DNA of 64,000 nt from Giardia intestinalis (lineage: Eukaryota): NCBI GenBank assembly GCA_000002435.2, contig CM018792.1, one strand, 5' to 3'. Below the pieces are notes generated by a model. It was not told the DNA's origin. It did not search any database and worked only from the letters and a program-made list of their open reading frames with translations. How positions within the stretch are numbered: position 1 is the first letter of the stretch; every line of letters begins with the position of its first letter. Below, piece by piece: positions 51,679-61,800 of this stretch. Both the position numbers and the translations under genes were made by a program.

Positions 51679-52172
51679 TTTTTGTCTGACATTTCGTTTG
51701 AGTGGATTGTATTGGCGAAGTAAGGCAAGGTATACTGTGGTTTTGCTCTACATACTAAGACTTGTGCACTGCAGGCGTGGAAGGCATGCGTGCTTTAGGT
51801 ATGCACTTGGCAAAATCTCTACTCTCTGAAGATCCAGTTTAGCTACTCCTCAACAGACCTGACGCCATAATGGAAAGGCACCGATGTCGGCTTAAATGCA
51901 AGATTCAACACGGTCAGTTGGGCATTAGCTTGTAAATTGTTGCGTCGCCATTTACTTCTTCTGGTTGATTAATAACTTACTAAGTGATAGCCATCCGCCT
52001 ATCTAGACATTACTTTGCACCTTGTGCACTACTCCAATGGACTAGTAACTCTCCCAGCTTCTTGTTATACATCTGGCAAATCACTTCTTCATAGGTGCTC
52101 CCATAATATGTACTATTAGTAAATGCGAACACAATCTACAGGGTTTATGTTTTTTAAATTGATTGTCATTCG

Positions 52173-54710
52173 TTAAAAAACCAGAGTTGAAAGTTTATCG
52201 CAAGATGTGATTAGCTGGTCAAAAAGTGCAAACTGACAAGGAATGTTAGTAACAAGAGATGCACGTGACAAGAGCACGTGATTAGATAGGTCTGTGTGCA
52301 CATATATTTTGACCTCTCTTTGATCATCGGATGCATCTGCGATATCTACCAAGTTTAAAGCCTCTTTTGCTTCTTCCAGCGAGATGATCAGAAGTTTCGA
52401 GGTAGTTTCAGCCCTCTTCTTGACCTCTGGTTCCGTTTCCGAAGGGCTCTCAAGGTAATTGATCAGGTCGTTAAAAATGGATGTAAGACACGAGAGCTTG
52501 GACGACTGAGGAATTATAAGCCTCATTGCGTTGCTTCCGTAGTGTTTAGAAGCAAGCCTGTACAGTGCAAGAGGGTAGAGGAGGATAGCTGCGTCAGTCG
52601 GTGATTGAAGGAAAACGTGCACCGGATGTCTTATCACTGAGTTACTGCGCAGCAAGACGTGGAAAATAAACATTAGCAGGAAACAGATAAATATAGGCGG
52701 TGACTGGTTGGATGTCTTTCTTCGCGCCTTTACTTCTGCAATACCCTTGCTTTCCATCAACGGTTTCCTTATTTTTTCATAAAGATGGGTTATCTCTTTT
52801 CCAAGCTTATCTTTTACCTTCGTTGCTTCACTAGAGTCTTGTCGATGCCTAAATCTTGAAAGCGTATTAATCATATCAGTAAATACACTAGTGCATTTGG
52901 AATTGATCCCAAAATAGCTTAGAAGCTCCAGGTAAATAGACATTATTCTCTGAGAATCAATTGCAAGGGGTCTTGTTACCAGTCCAAGCAAGTATCCAAT
53001 CAAATTACTCGAGTCCAAGTAGTCTCCAGGATAATAATTAGCAAGGCCGGGATCAGCCTTCGTCAAATTGATAGATTGCTTCAGAAGGAACGCCGGCTCT
53101 AGTTTAAATGGCACTTCGTTTCTAGAGACTAAACCCATAGTAGCTAACTGCAGAAGTGAGCTACGTAAAAAGAGGTTCACGGTACCCCAGTCCCCTATGT
53201 ACTTGTCCAGTTTTTCCAAGATAGATGACTGATAGGCAGATGCGTGACACTCACCTAAGGACTCCTTCAGCCAAGTTTTAGTGTGCCCAAGGAGAGAAGC
53301 ACCTAATGAGAGGAGGATGCCATGATGTGTTGACATGGTTGATGAGGAAGCATGCTGGTTCGTTGTCAAAGTGCCGCTTTGTGCCTCACAGTATTGACGT
53401 ATGAAAAGACAGGCCATGGTGAAAGTGCAAACATTGTACATCCGGTCAAGGCTCGGTAAGCGGAACGGTTGCTCCAAGACAGGAAGCCGTATGGTGTGTA
53501 CAGCATAGAATTCCAAGAATATAACCTCGACAATACCCCGGACGATCCACGGTATGCTTTCAGTGTATTGTGCCATCAGCCTTCTATCTTCTAAGAATTT
53601 ATAACACGGTTCCAGCGGAACGATGGTAAAGGGAGCAGGGCGAGAACTCACCAATTCATCGGACCGTGGATAGATCTTTTTAAGCGCAGAATAAATGTTT
53701 GCGTGACGCTCGTTACTTATTGAGTCGCAGACTAAAGCTGATAGAAGCCTAATGGTATGGTTAACAAGCACAGCAGATGAAGGAGGGGTTAACAGCGCGT
53801 GGCAAAACTTTGCTTCTCCAGTGCTTCTCACATCAGCGATACCATTGGTCAGCAACCTTACAAATTTTGTCTGACACTGCTCTGGTTGATAACTAGATGC
53901 CGGATTAACATCGTGTAGCAAATCTGAAAAGTACCTAGAATCAGCTAGCAATAGGCTTACGATAATTGGAACCAACTCCAGCACAATGCGAAGTGGAATG
54001 TCTTGCGGCCTGTGGATTCCTGCGCTTTGCAACGAACTTTTGGCATATGATTTGCCTAGATCTAATAGTTTCACAAAGACCGAAGGGACCATTAGCCGCC
54101 CTATCAGACATAGCTCAGCGGACTCTTCATAGTCAACCTTGAAAGATGCTCTAGCATAGGAAAAGGGTGCTCCAACTGACGAGGTGCCATTGTCTGAAGC
54201 TTGCAGATGTAAGCCAGATTGCTCAGCGCTGATCAACTGATTGTTTTCAGCGTTCTTAGATCCTGCCAATAAGTCAATAGGAGCGACGTCAGCACTGTCC
54301 TCTATCAGGTCTAGATCATCATGTAGAGTCTGTTGTATAGAGTTCTGTGAAGAATTGTGATTGGAGGTGGGAGAGGTATCGTCACTATTATCAGTCGCGT
54401 AAGTTGATTCGTTGGATCTCGCGTCTTCTTCGCTAGGTGTCAAATTCACCGGTGTCAATTCGGGAGTTAGTTCTTGGATGATTCCACTTACATGGTAGTA
54501 CTTTGATGGTGCAAGAACTATCGGTACATGGGTTTCGTTATCCTCAAAGCTAATAAAGCTCTTTTCGCATGCATCCTCAATTCGACGAGCTATAAGACTG
54601 GGCTCAGCACGCATCCCGTGTGAAGTAATGTGTCGAATGGGATCACAATTGTTATGAACTCTGTGGATGTCATGCCGTCCCAGCACATACCTAATCATCC
54701 GGGGCTGCAT
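52173..54710 (-). CDS. Hypothetical protein of 845 aa.
   Basis: The ORF is long and starts with ATG. No motif was recognised. Confidence 0.7.
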   Translation of the reverse strand: MQPRMIRYVLGRHDIHRVHNNCDPIRHITSHGMRAEPSLIARRIEDACEKSFISFEDNETHVPIVLAPSKYYHVSGIIQELTPELTPVNLTPSEEDARSNESTYATDNSDDTSPTSNHNSSQNSIQQTLHDDLDLIEDSADVAPIDLLAGSKNAENNQLISAEQSGLHLQASDNGTSSVGAPFSYARASFKVDYEESAELCLIGRLMVPSVFVKLLDLGKSYAKSSLQSAGIHRPQDIPLRIVLELVPIIVSLLLADSRYFSDLLHDVNPASSYQPEQCQTKFVRLLTNGIADVRSTGEAKFCHALLTPPSSAVLVNHTIRLLSALVCDSISNERHANIYSALKKIYPRSDELVSSRPAPFTIVPLEPCYKFLEDRRLMAQYTESIPWIVRGIVEVIFLEFYAVHTIRLPVLEQPFRLPSLDRMYNVCTFTMACLFIRQYCEAQSGTLTTNQHASSSTMSTHHGILLSLGASLLGHTKTWLKESLGECHASAYQSSILEKLDKYIGDWGTVNLFLRSSLLQLATMGLVSRNEVPFKLEPAFLLKQSINLTKADPGLANYYPGDYLDSSNLIGYLLGLVTRPLAIDSQRIMSIYLELLSYFGINSKCTSVFTDMINTLSRFRHRQDSSEATKVKDKLGKEITHLYEKIRKPLMESKGIAEVKARRKTSNQSPPIFICFLLMFIFHVLLRSNSVIRHPVHVFLQSPTDAAILLYPLALYRLASKHYGSNAMRLIIPQSSKLSCLTSIFNDLINYLESPSETEPEVKKRAETTSKLLIISLEEAKEALNLVDIADASDDQREVKIYVHTDLSNHVLLSRASLVTNIPCQFALFDQLITSCDKLSTLVF

Positions 54711-54838
54711 AGTCTGGGTTGGGACAATTAATTTTTATGCTGAGGTAAAGACGAAGCTGCGCAGTAGCGGTAAGGGCTTAGTTTCTGTGTTTCAAGAGTC
54801 TCTCTGACCACGCTAGTGAGAAAAACTAGTTTTTAAAA

Positions 54839-55477
54839 ATGGCGACTATCGATCCGCTGAGCGATGCCGACTTTGATGGATATGTGATACCTACGCATGC
54901 CCTCTTTTTATCCATGGCTCTTCATCATCTGCAGCCCTGGACAGAGATTTTCACGGTGACTGCTCGCATCGTTTTATACTTTGTCATGCCTTTGGCATGG
55001 GTAACGACTCAGTCAAGAAGAACCGCTACGTGGTTGCCGTACTTTATGCTCATGCTGCCCTGGCTGATTAAATGCACGACAGAAAGCATTCCCTCCATAG
55101 ATATCTATTGTAACCTATCCGCTATGATGTCCATCCTACCCACTTACTTATTTGTCTTGCAACGCATCTTTTGCAGAACCAGGTTCTCAACCTGCCGGGA
55201 GAAAATCTGCAGTTGTTTGCTGGTAGTGTGTGGGATTCTTTTAGCGTCTCTTTATGCTATGGAGAAACAACAGGTGCATGCCATCCAGCAATCTGCTCCG
55301 TTTGTGGGCGTGTGGAAGGCTTTTGGCTTAGATGTGGCCAAAAGAGTGGTACGCGATGGAACGTATACATGCACTCAAAAAGCCATCTACATATTCTTTG
55401 CGGTGATTGTCTTCCCCCTTACAAGCCATCTGTACCTAATTCTTACTCTGTTACTACTAAGGATGATATTCACATGA
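54839..55477 (+). CDS. Hypothetical multi-pass membrane protein of 212 aa.
   Basis: There are 4-5 hydrophobic helices. The initiator is tttttaaaaATG. Confidence 0.55.
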   Translation: MATIDPLSDADFDGYVIPTHALFLSMALHHLQPWTEIFTVTARIVLYFVMPLAWVTTQSRRTATWLPYFMLMLPWLIKCTTESIPSIDIYCNLSAMMSILPTYLFVLQRIFCRTRFSTCREKICSCLLVVCGILLASLYAMEKQQVHAIQQSAPFVGVWKAFGLDVAKRVVRDGTYTCTQKAIYIFFAVIVFPLTSHLYLILTLLLLRMIFT

Positions 55478-55522
55478 AGATGTTTACAGATATACTGCAA
55501 CAATCAGTGAAAAGCTCCTTCT

Positions 55523-55672
55523 GATGTATAATCATGGCTTTATCTTATACTGCTCTAGGTGTGATGAAGCACGGGTGCCCGTCAACGGAGGCTGCATTCG
55601 GGACTTTCTCTTCTACAGGGGCGGGTGCTACTCTGTCAACGGCCCCCTCACCCAGGCCATCTGTACGACTAA
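55523..55672 (+). pseudogene. HCMP/VSP-like cysteine-motif fragment of 49 codons. It is below the ORF-track cutoff.
   Basis: A manual frame-3 translation gives MYNHGFILYCSRCDEARVPVNGGCIRDFLFYRGGCYSVNGPLTQAICTTKN*. The CxxC and FLFYxGGCY motifs are the same as in the HCMP at 24435. Confidence 0.45.
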
Positions 55673-56088
55673 GAATTAAATTTACTTCGGAGGCAGAGCC
55701 TTTTGCAATTATCGTCCTGGCAACTGATAACTTCGCCCGCGGACTCGACCTTCCTGCGGTTCGCTCGGTGGTCAACTTCGAGCTTCCAGAGTCGCTGGCC
55801 ACCCTCACCCACCGCGTGGGAAGGTGCGCGCGCGGCCTGAACAGCGGGGTCGCTATCTCAGTGCGGCGGAGCGAGGTCGAGTACAAGTTCGACACGCTGG
55901 CCAACTTCGATCCGAGCCGGGTCGTCTCCATAGACGAGGAGAGCCTCTGCGACTACCGGAGCACAGAGGGGCCGCGGCTGTCCGACTTCTCCGTCGAGGA
56001 CAGCGACGTGCGGGAGATCTCACGGAGGTTCAGCGAGAACATGGACATCTACCTGACCACCCTCTACGACGGGGAGTTCGGGCGCTAG
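55534..56088 (+). pseudogene. C-terminal fragment of a DEAD-box RNA helicase (motifs V-VI) with no helicase N-terminal core. A gene fragment.
   Basis: IIVLATDNFARGLDLPAVRSVVNFELPESLATLTHRVGRCARGLNSGVAISV matches the helicase-C pattern (LV)ATDVAARGLD(IV)..V..VIN(FY)DLP....YVHRIGRTGR.G..G.AI. There are no Walker A/B or DEAD motifs upstream. The region is GC-rich. Confidence 0.55.
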
Positions 56089-56091
56089 GCG

Positions 56092-58005
56092 CTACACGCC
56101 CTTGTGCGGAAGGTTCAGGTTGAGCGGGCTGTGGAAGATGTACTCCGGCGCGCAGAAGTAGTACTGCATGCAGTACCGGCCGAGGAAGAAGATGACGATG
56201 GCCAGGGCCCCCACCAGGACGTAGTTCCACGCGCTGACCTCGAGAGCCTCGCACATCGTGCCTCCGTGCGCGTCGACCGTGTCCAGCCCGTTCACGCACC
56301 GCTTGACCTTGTTGTTGAACGGGGAGGCGCGGACGGCGTCTGCGATGGCGACCTTCTGGGCCTCGTCGGGCGCGGAGAGGAAGAGCGGGTGGACGCCGTC
56401 GCGGTCGGGCCCGTAGAAGCGGGGCATCGTGTACTCGACGGTCAGCTCGTGGCAGAGCGAGTTGGAGCCGCGGCCGATGTAGTAGTAGCCCGAGACGCCC
56501 CAGCCGGTCCCCCACGAGTTGCGCAGGATCCAGACGGGCCGGCCCTTGTAGGCCCCGTAGCCGACGAGCATGACCTGGTGGTTCGTGGTCGCGCGCACGC
56601 ACTTGACGTCGGGGAAGACGCCGCCCTTGTAGAGGTTGAACGTCAGCGCAGAGGCGACGACGGACTCGTAGTCCTTGTCGATCGACGTGTCGACGCCGGA
56701 CTCTGTGTGCATGGCCGCCGCGACCCCGACCCCGCGGGCCAGGACGTTCATGACGTTCCGCTCCCACTCGGCGAACTTCCCCTTGTCCATCTCCTCGATG
56801 ATGAGCCCCGAGGCCGGCACGCCCTCGTTCCGCAGGATCTGGTAGACGCCGAACTTCTTGGGGGTGCCTGAGCCACCATTGACATCATACTCGTATTCAT
56901 CGCTACCTGCAGCCCCAGAATTAGAAGAGCTGCCCTTCTTCTTCATCGGCATGGAGACGAAGGCAGGGTTGAAGTCTCCTATGTTGGTGTCCTGACACTT
57001 AGTACCATCGTCTGGGGCGGCCTTCTCGGGCGTCGCGTACTCCCTGTAGATGCACTCGGACTCCTTCGCGAGCTTGCTCAGCTTGTTAACGAAGTCTGCG
57101 ATGGCGCGGAAGTAGTTCCCCCCGTTGCAGTAGTTCCCGCCGATGAGGTTGTCGAGGAGGAACTGGACGGAGAGGCGCAGGGTGGACGCGCTGTAGGACT
57201 TCCAGTTCTCGGGGATGTCGGTATAGTCCTGTTCGGTGCGATTTGTAACAGTTATTAGTCCTGTGGTGCAGTCAGTACTCTTCTGGTCCCCGTCCTGACT
57301 CGCAGGGGCCGAGCAGTTGCAGAAGTAGTTCGACGGAAAGGGCTGGGGATCGAGGTACTTCCCCCTCGTGTAGAGGTCTGCGTCGACGAGCATCAGGTTC
57401 TCGAGGACCTCGATGGTCGTGAACTCGTAGCAGGAGCCGCACAGGCCCTGGTCCTTCGCGCGGGTCACGAGGCCCACCTCGCGGAGGTCGACGGAGTGGG
57501 GGAGCGTCCGCTGCCTGCCGTTGACGTTCATGTCCCGCACGTCGACGAGGAAGAAGCTGTCCTGCTTCTTGCTCTTATCGTCAGCGTTGGCACTCTGTGA
57601 ATTAGCTTGAGTGTCTCCCTTCAGGTCCGGCCCCAGCTCGTAGGCATCGACGTTGCAGTTGGTGTACTTATTCGATTTGCTATCTCGTGTGCACGTACTC
57701 GTGGCTGCGCTCCACTCGCCACCCCCCAGCGACCGGGGCGGGAGGAGGCCGGCGCGCGGGTGGCGGTCCATCCGGGACGTGATCCCGAAGGTGACGTGCT
57801 CGTGGCCCTCCCGGCGGAGCCTGCGGAGGTGCTCGAGGTGCATGCAGAAGTTCCGCTCCGCCTCCAGCCGGTCCCCGGGCGTGTCGTAGGCCTTCCCGTA
57901 GAGGCCGACGAAGCGCTCGAAGGCATGCTCGCACGCCATATGGATGCTGAACGGGTCCCGCTCGGCCGACGCCGCGCAGAGGAAAGACAAAGTAAGCAGC
58001 AACAT
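56092..58005 (-). CDS. Papain-family (C1) cysteine protease, cathepsin-like. It has a signal peptide, an I29-type propeptide, a large insertion of about 250 aa between the catalytic Cys and His, and a C-terminal transmembrane helix.
   Basis: The signal peptide is MLLLTLSFLCAASA. The propeptide is FERFVGLYGKAYDTPGDRLEAERNF. The catalytic Cys block is DLREVGLVTRAKDQGLCGSCYEFTTIEV. The His block is NHQVMLVGYG, followed by WILRNSWGTGWGVSGYYYI. The C-terminus WNYVLVGALAIVIFFLG is hydrophobic. The initiator is cccaaaaaaggatcggATG. Confidence 0.75.
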   Translation of the reverse strand: MLLLTLSFLCAASAERDPFSIHMACEHAFERFVGLYGKAYDTPGDRLEAERNFCMHLEHLRRLRREGHEHVTFGITSRMDRHPRAGLLPPRSLGGGEWSAATSTCTRDSKSNKYTNCNVDAYELGPDLKGDTQANSQSANADDKSKKQDSFFLVDVRDMNVNGRQRTLPHSVDLREVGLVTRAKDQGLCGSCYEFTTIEVLENLMLVDADLYTRGKYLDPQPFPSNYFCNCSAPASQDGDQKSTDCTTGLITVTNRTEQDYTDIPENWKSYSASTLRLSVQFLLDNLIGGNYCNGGNYFRAIADFVNKLSKLAKESECIYREYATPEKAAPDDGTKCQDTNIGDFNPAFVSMPMKKKGSSSNSGAAGSDEYEYDVNGGSGTPKKFGVYQILRNEGVPASGLIIEEMDKGKFAEWERNVMNVLARGVGVAAAMHTESGVDTSIDKDYESVVASALTFNLYKGGVFPDVKCVRATTNHQVMLVGYGAYKGRPVWILRNSWGTGWGVSGYYYIGRGSNSLCHELTVEYTMPRFYGPDRDGVHPLFLSAPDEAQKVAIADAVRASPFNNKVKRCVNGLDTVDAHGGTMCEALEVSAWNYVLVGALAIVIFFLGRYCMQYYFCAPEYIFHSPLNLNLPHKGV

Positions 58006-58058
58006 CCGATCCTTTTTTGGGCCGCGGATAGGTTAGCCGTGTGCGGGACTTGTACACC

Positions 58059-58542
58059 CTACCGAGTCGCAGACAGGAAGAGGAGCCCGAAGAAGACGGC
58101 CGTGCTCGCCGTCACCCCCGCCACGGCCCCGATGTTCCTCACACGACAGTCACACAGACTCCCGTGGTAGCCCTCGGCACAGACACAGGCGTCCTTGTAG
58201 CACTCCCCGTGTCCTGTGCACACGCTGGCGTACAGACGCCGGTGCCTCATCGTGGAGTGGTCCAGCCGGCAGAGCAGGGAGCTCGTCAGGTTTGCCACGA
58301 AGCCGCTTCCCGACGACGCACTCGGCCGGATAGCACAGCCCTCCAGGGGAGAGTAGTCCAGGCAGGTGCCTGCGGGCTGTCTTGGTTGTCGGCTTCGGCT
58401 GCTGCCCTCGAGAGAACCCTGCGCTGCAACGCACTGCCACTTCCCGAGGATCCCTATGCGGTGCCTACTTCCTCGTGGGTAGAGCGGGCACGGAGGCGCG
58501 GTCCCGCCGCAGGATCCAGTGGATGCTCGGAGACAGGTGACT
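58059..58542 (-). pseudogene. Open frame of 161 codons with no ATG that ends in an EGF-like module plus a transmembrane helix. Likely a remnant of a tenascin/EGF-like membrane protein, or a tiny 63-aa EGF-TM gene from the internal Met.
   Basis: Manual reverse-strand translation gives ...CTGHGECYKDACVCAEGYHGSLCDCRVRNIGAVAGVTASTAVFFGLLFLSATR*. The only in-frame ATG is at MRHRR. The track ORF starts at a GTG. Confidence 0.35.
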
Positions 58543-58898
58543 CAATGACTTCATAGAATAGCGCCCCAGATGCCATGGAGCGAGCAGATGCAGTATGACG
58601 CATTTACTACCGAGACGCCCTGCCCCTGCAGGCGGGCCCAGTGATACAGTGACAGCAATGTACAGGAGTGCACCCAAACAATCATTCCACAAGAGAGGTG
58701 CGTTCTGAGTCTGGCCATCACTCATCCTGTTCCTATCGAAGTCAGGGGGAACCGCACTGTCAGCCGGCCTCCGGTGGGCGTGCTCCTATCTCGTTCTTCT
58801 CCAGTCCAACTGATCAAGGGAGCAAGAGCGGCTGCCTCTCACTGCTCGCGGCAACACACCAGCCTGACAGAAGAGCAGTGGCATACGAACTCCCGCTA

Positions 58899-61800
58899 AT
58901 GTTGGTAGGATTTCTCCTAGTTTGTGCAACAGTGCTGGCCAAGTACAGCGGGAAGACCAGCAGCGAGGCGGTTGCCAACACAAACTGCGCACAAGAGCTG
59001 CAGAATGCGGGCTGCAAGACGTGCGGCCCCAACGACCAGACGTGCCTGGACTGCAAGACTCCTGGCGAGAACGTGCAGCTCGATAAAAGAAGCTGCGGCC
59101 CCACCTGCCCGCAGAACTCCTCCCCCAACCAAAACGTCTGCGAGTGCAACCCGGGATTCAACCTGAACGATAGAAAAGACGCGTGCGAGGCGGTTGCCAA
59201 CACAAACTGCGCACAAGAGCTGCAGAATGCGGGCTGCAAGACGTGCGGCCCCAACGACCAGACGTGCCTGGACTGCAAGACTCCTGGCGAGAACGTGCAG
59301 CTCGATAAAAGAAGCTGCGGCCCCACCTGCCCGCAGAACTCCTCCCCCAACCAAAACGTCTGCGAGTGCAACCCGGGATTCAACCTGAACGATAGAAAAG
59401 ACGCGTGCGAGGCGGTTGCCAACACAAACTGCGCACAAGAGCTGCAGAATGCGGGCTGCAAGACGTGCGGCCCCAACGACCAGACGTGCCTGGACTGCAA
59501 GACTCCTGGCGAGAACGTGCAGCTCGATAAAAGAAGCTGCGGCCCCACCTGCCCGCAGAACTCCTCCCCCAACCAAAACGTCTGCGAGTGCAACCCGGGA
59601 TTCAACCTGAACGATAGAAAAGACGCGTGCGAGGCGGTTGCCAACACAAACTGCGCACAAGAGCTGCAGAATGCGGGCTGCAAGACGTGCGGCCCCAACG
59701 ACCAGACGTGCCTGGACTGCAAGACTCCTGGCGAGAACGTGCAGCTCGATAAAAGAAGCTGCGGCCCCACCTGCCCGCAGAACTCCTCCCCCAACCAAAA
59801 CGTCTGCGAGTGCAACCCGGGATTCAACCTGAACGATAGAAAAGACGCGTGCGAGGCGGTTGCCAACACAAACTGCGCACAAGAGCTGCAGAATGCGGGC
59901 TGCAAGACGTGCGGCCCCAACGACCAGACGTGCCTGGACTGCAAGACTCCTGGCGAGAACGTGCAGCTCGATAAAAGAAGCTGCGGCCCCACCTGCCCGC
60001 AGAACTCCTCCCCCAACCAAAACGTCTGCGAGTGCAACCCGGGATTCAACCTGAACGATAGAAAAGACGCGTGCGAGGCGGTTGCCAACACAAACTGCGC
60101 ACAAGAGCTGCAGAATGCGGGCTGCAAGACGTGCGGCCCCAACGACCAGACGTGCCTGGACTGCAAGACTCCTGGCGAGAACGTGCAGCTCGATAAAAGA
60201 AGCTGCGGCCCCACCTGCCCGCAGAACTCCTCCCCCAACCAAAACGTCTGCGAGTGCAACCCGGGATTCAACCTGAACGATAGAAAAGACGCGTGCGAGG
60301 CGGTTGCCAACACAAACTGCGCACAAGAGCTGCAGAATGCGGGCTGCAAGACGTGCGGCCCCAACGACCAGACGTGCCTGGACTGCAAGACTCCTGGCGA
60401 GAACGTGCAGCTCGATAAAAGAAGCTGCGGCCCCACCTGCCCGCAGAACTCCTCCCCCAACCAAAACGTCTGCGAGTGCAACCCGGGATTCAACCTGAAC
60501 GATAGAAAAGACGCGTGCGAGGCGGTTGCCAACACAAACTGCGCACAAGAGCTGCAGAATGCGGGCTGCAAGACGTGCGGCCCCAACGACCAGACGTGCC
60601 TGGACTGCAAGACTCCTGGCGAGAACGTGCAGCTCGATAAAAGAAGCTGCGGCCCCACCTGCCCGCAGAACTCCTCCCCCAACCAAAACGTCTGCGAGTG
60701 CAACCCGGGATTCAACCTGAACGATAGAAAAGACGCGTGCGAGGCGGTTGCCAACACAAACTGCGCACAAGAGCTGCAGAATGCGGGCTGCAAGACGTGC
60801 GGCCCCAACGACCAGACGTGCCTGGACTGCAAGACTCCTGGCGAGAACGTGCAGCTCGATAAAAGAAGCTGCGGCCCCACCTGCCCGCAGAACTCCTCCC
60901 CCAACCAAAACGTCTGCGAGTGCAACCCGGGATTCAACCTGAACGATAGAAAAGACGCGTGCGAGGCGGTTGCCAACACAAACTGCGCACAAGAGCTGCA
61001 GAATGCGGGCTGCAAGACGTGCGGCCCCAACGACCAGACGTGCCTGGACTGCAAGACTCCTGGCGAGAACGTGCAGCTCGATAAAAGAAGCTGCGGCCCC
61101 ACCTGCCCGCAGAACTCCTCCCCCAACCAAAACGTCTGCGAGTGCAACCCGGGATTCAACCTGAACGATAGAAAAGACGCGTGCGAGGCGGTTGCCAACA
61201 CAAACTGCGCACAAGAGCTGCAGAATGCGGGCTGCAAGACGTGCGGCCCCAACGACCAGACGTGCCTGGACTGCAAGACTCCTGGCGAGAACGTGCAGCT
61301 CGATAAAAGAAGCTGCGGCCCCACCTGCCCGCAGAACTCCTCCCCCAACCAAAACGTCTGCGAGTGCAACCCGGGATTCAACCTGAACGATAGAAAAGAC
61401 GCGTGCGAGGCGGTTGCCAACACAAACTGCGCACAAGAGCTGCAGAATGCGGGCTGCAAGACGTGCGGCCCCAACGACCAGACGTGCCTGGACTGCAAGA
61501 CTCCTGGCGAGAACGTGCAGCTCGATAAAAGAAGCTGCGGCCCCACCTGCCCGCAGAACTCCTCCCCCAACCAAAACGTCTGCGAGTGCAACCCGGGATT
61601 CAACCTGAACGATAGAAAAGACGCGTGCGAGGCGGTTGCCAACACAAACTGCGCACAAGAGCTGCAGAATGCGGGCTGCAAGACGTGCGGCCCCAACGAC
61701 CAGACGTGCCTGGACTGCAAGACTCCTGGCGAGAACGTGCAGCTCGATAAAAGAAGCTGCGGCCCCACCTGCCCGCAGAACTCCTCCCCCAACCAAAACG

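Noticed and set aside
56104-58170. Plus-strand ORFs 56104..56871 and 57607..58170, and reverse-strand ORFs 57621..57926 and 57680..58057, overlapping the cysteine-protease gene.
   Set aside because: They are Arg/Ala/Gly/Pro-rich products of a roughly 65% GC region. The protease frame has clear papain motifs.
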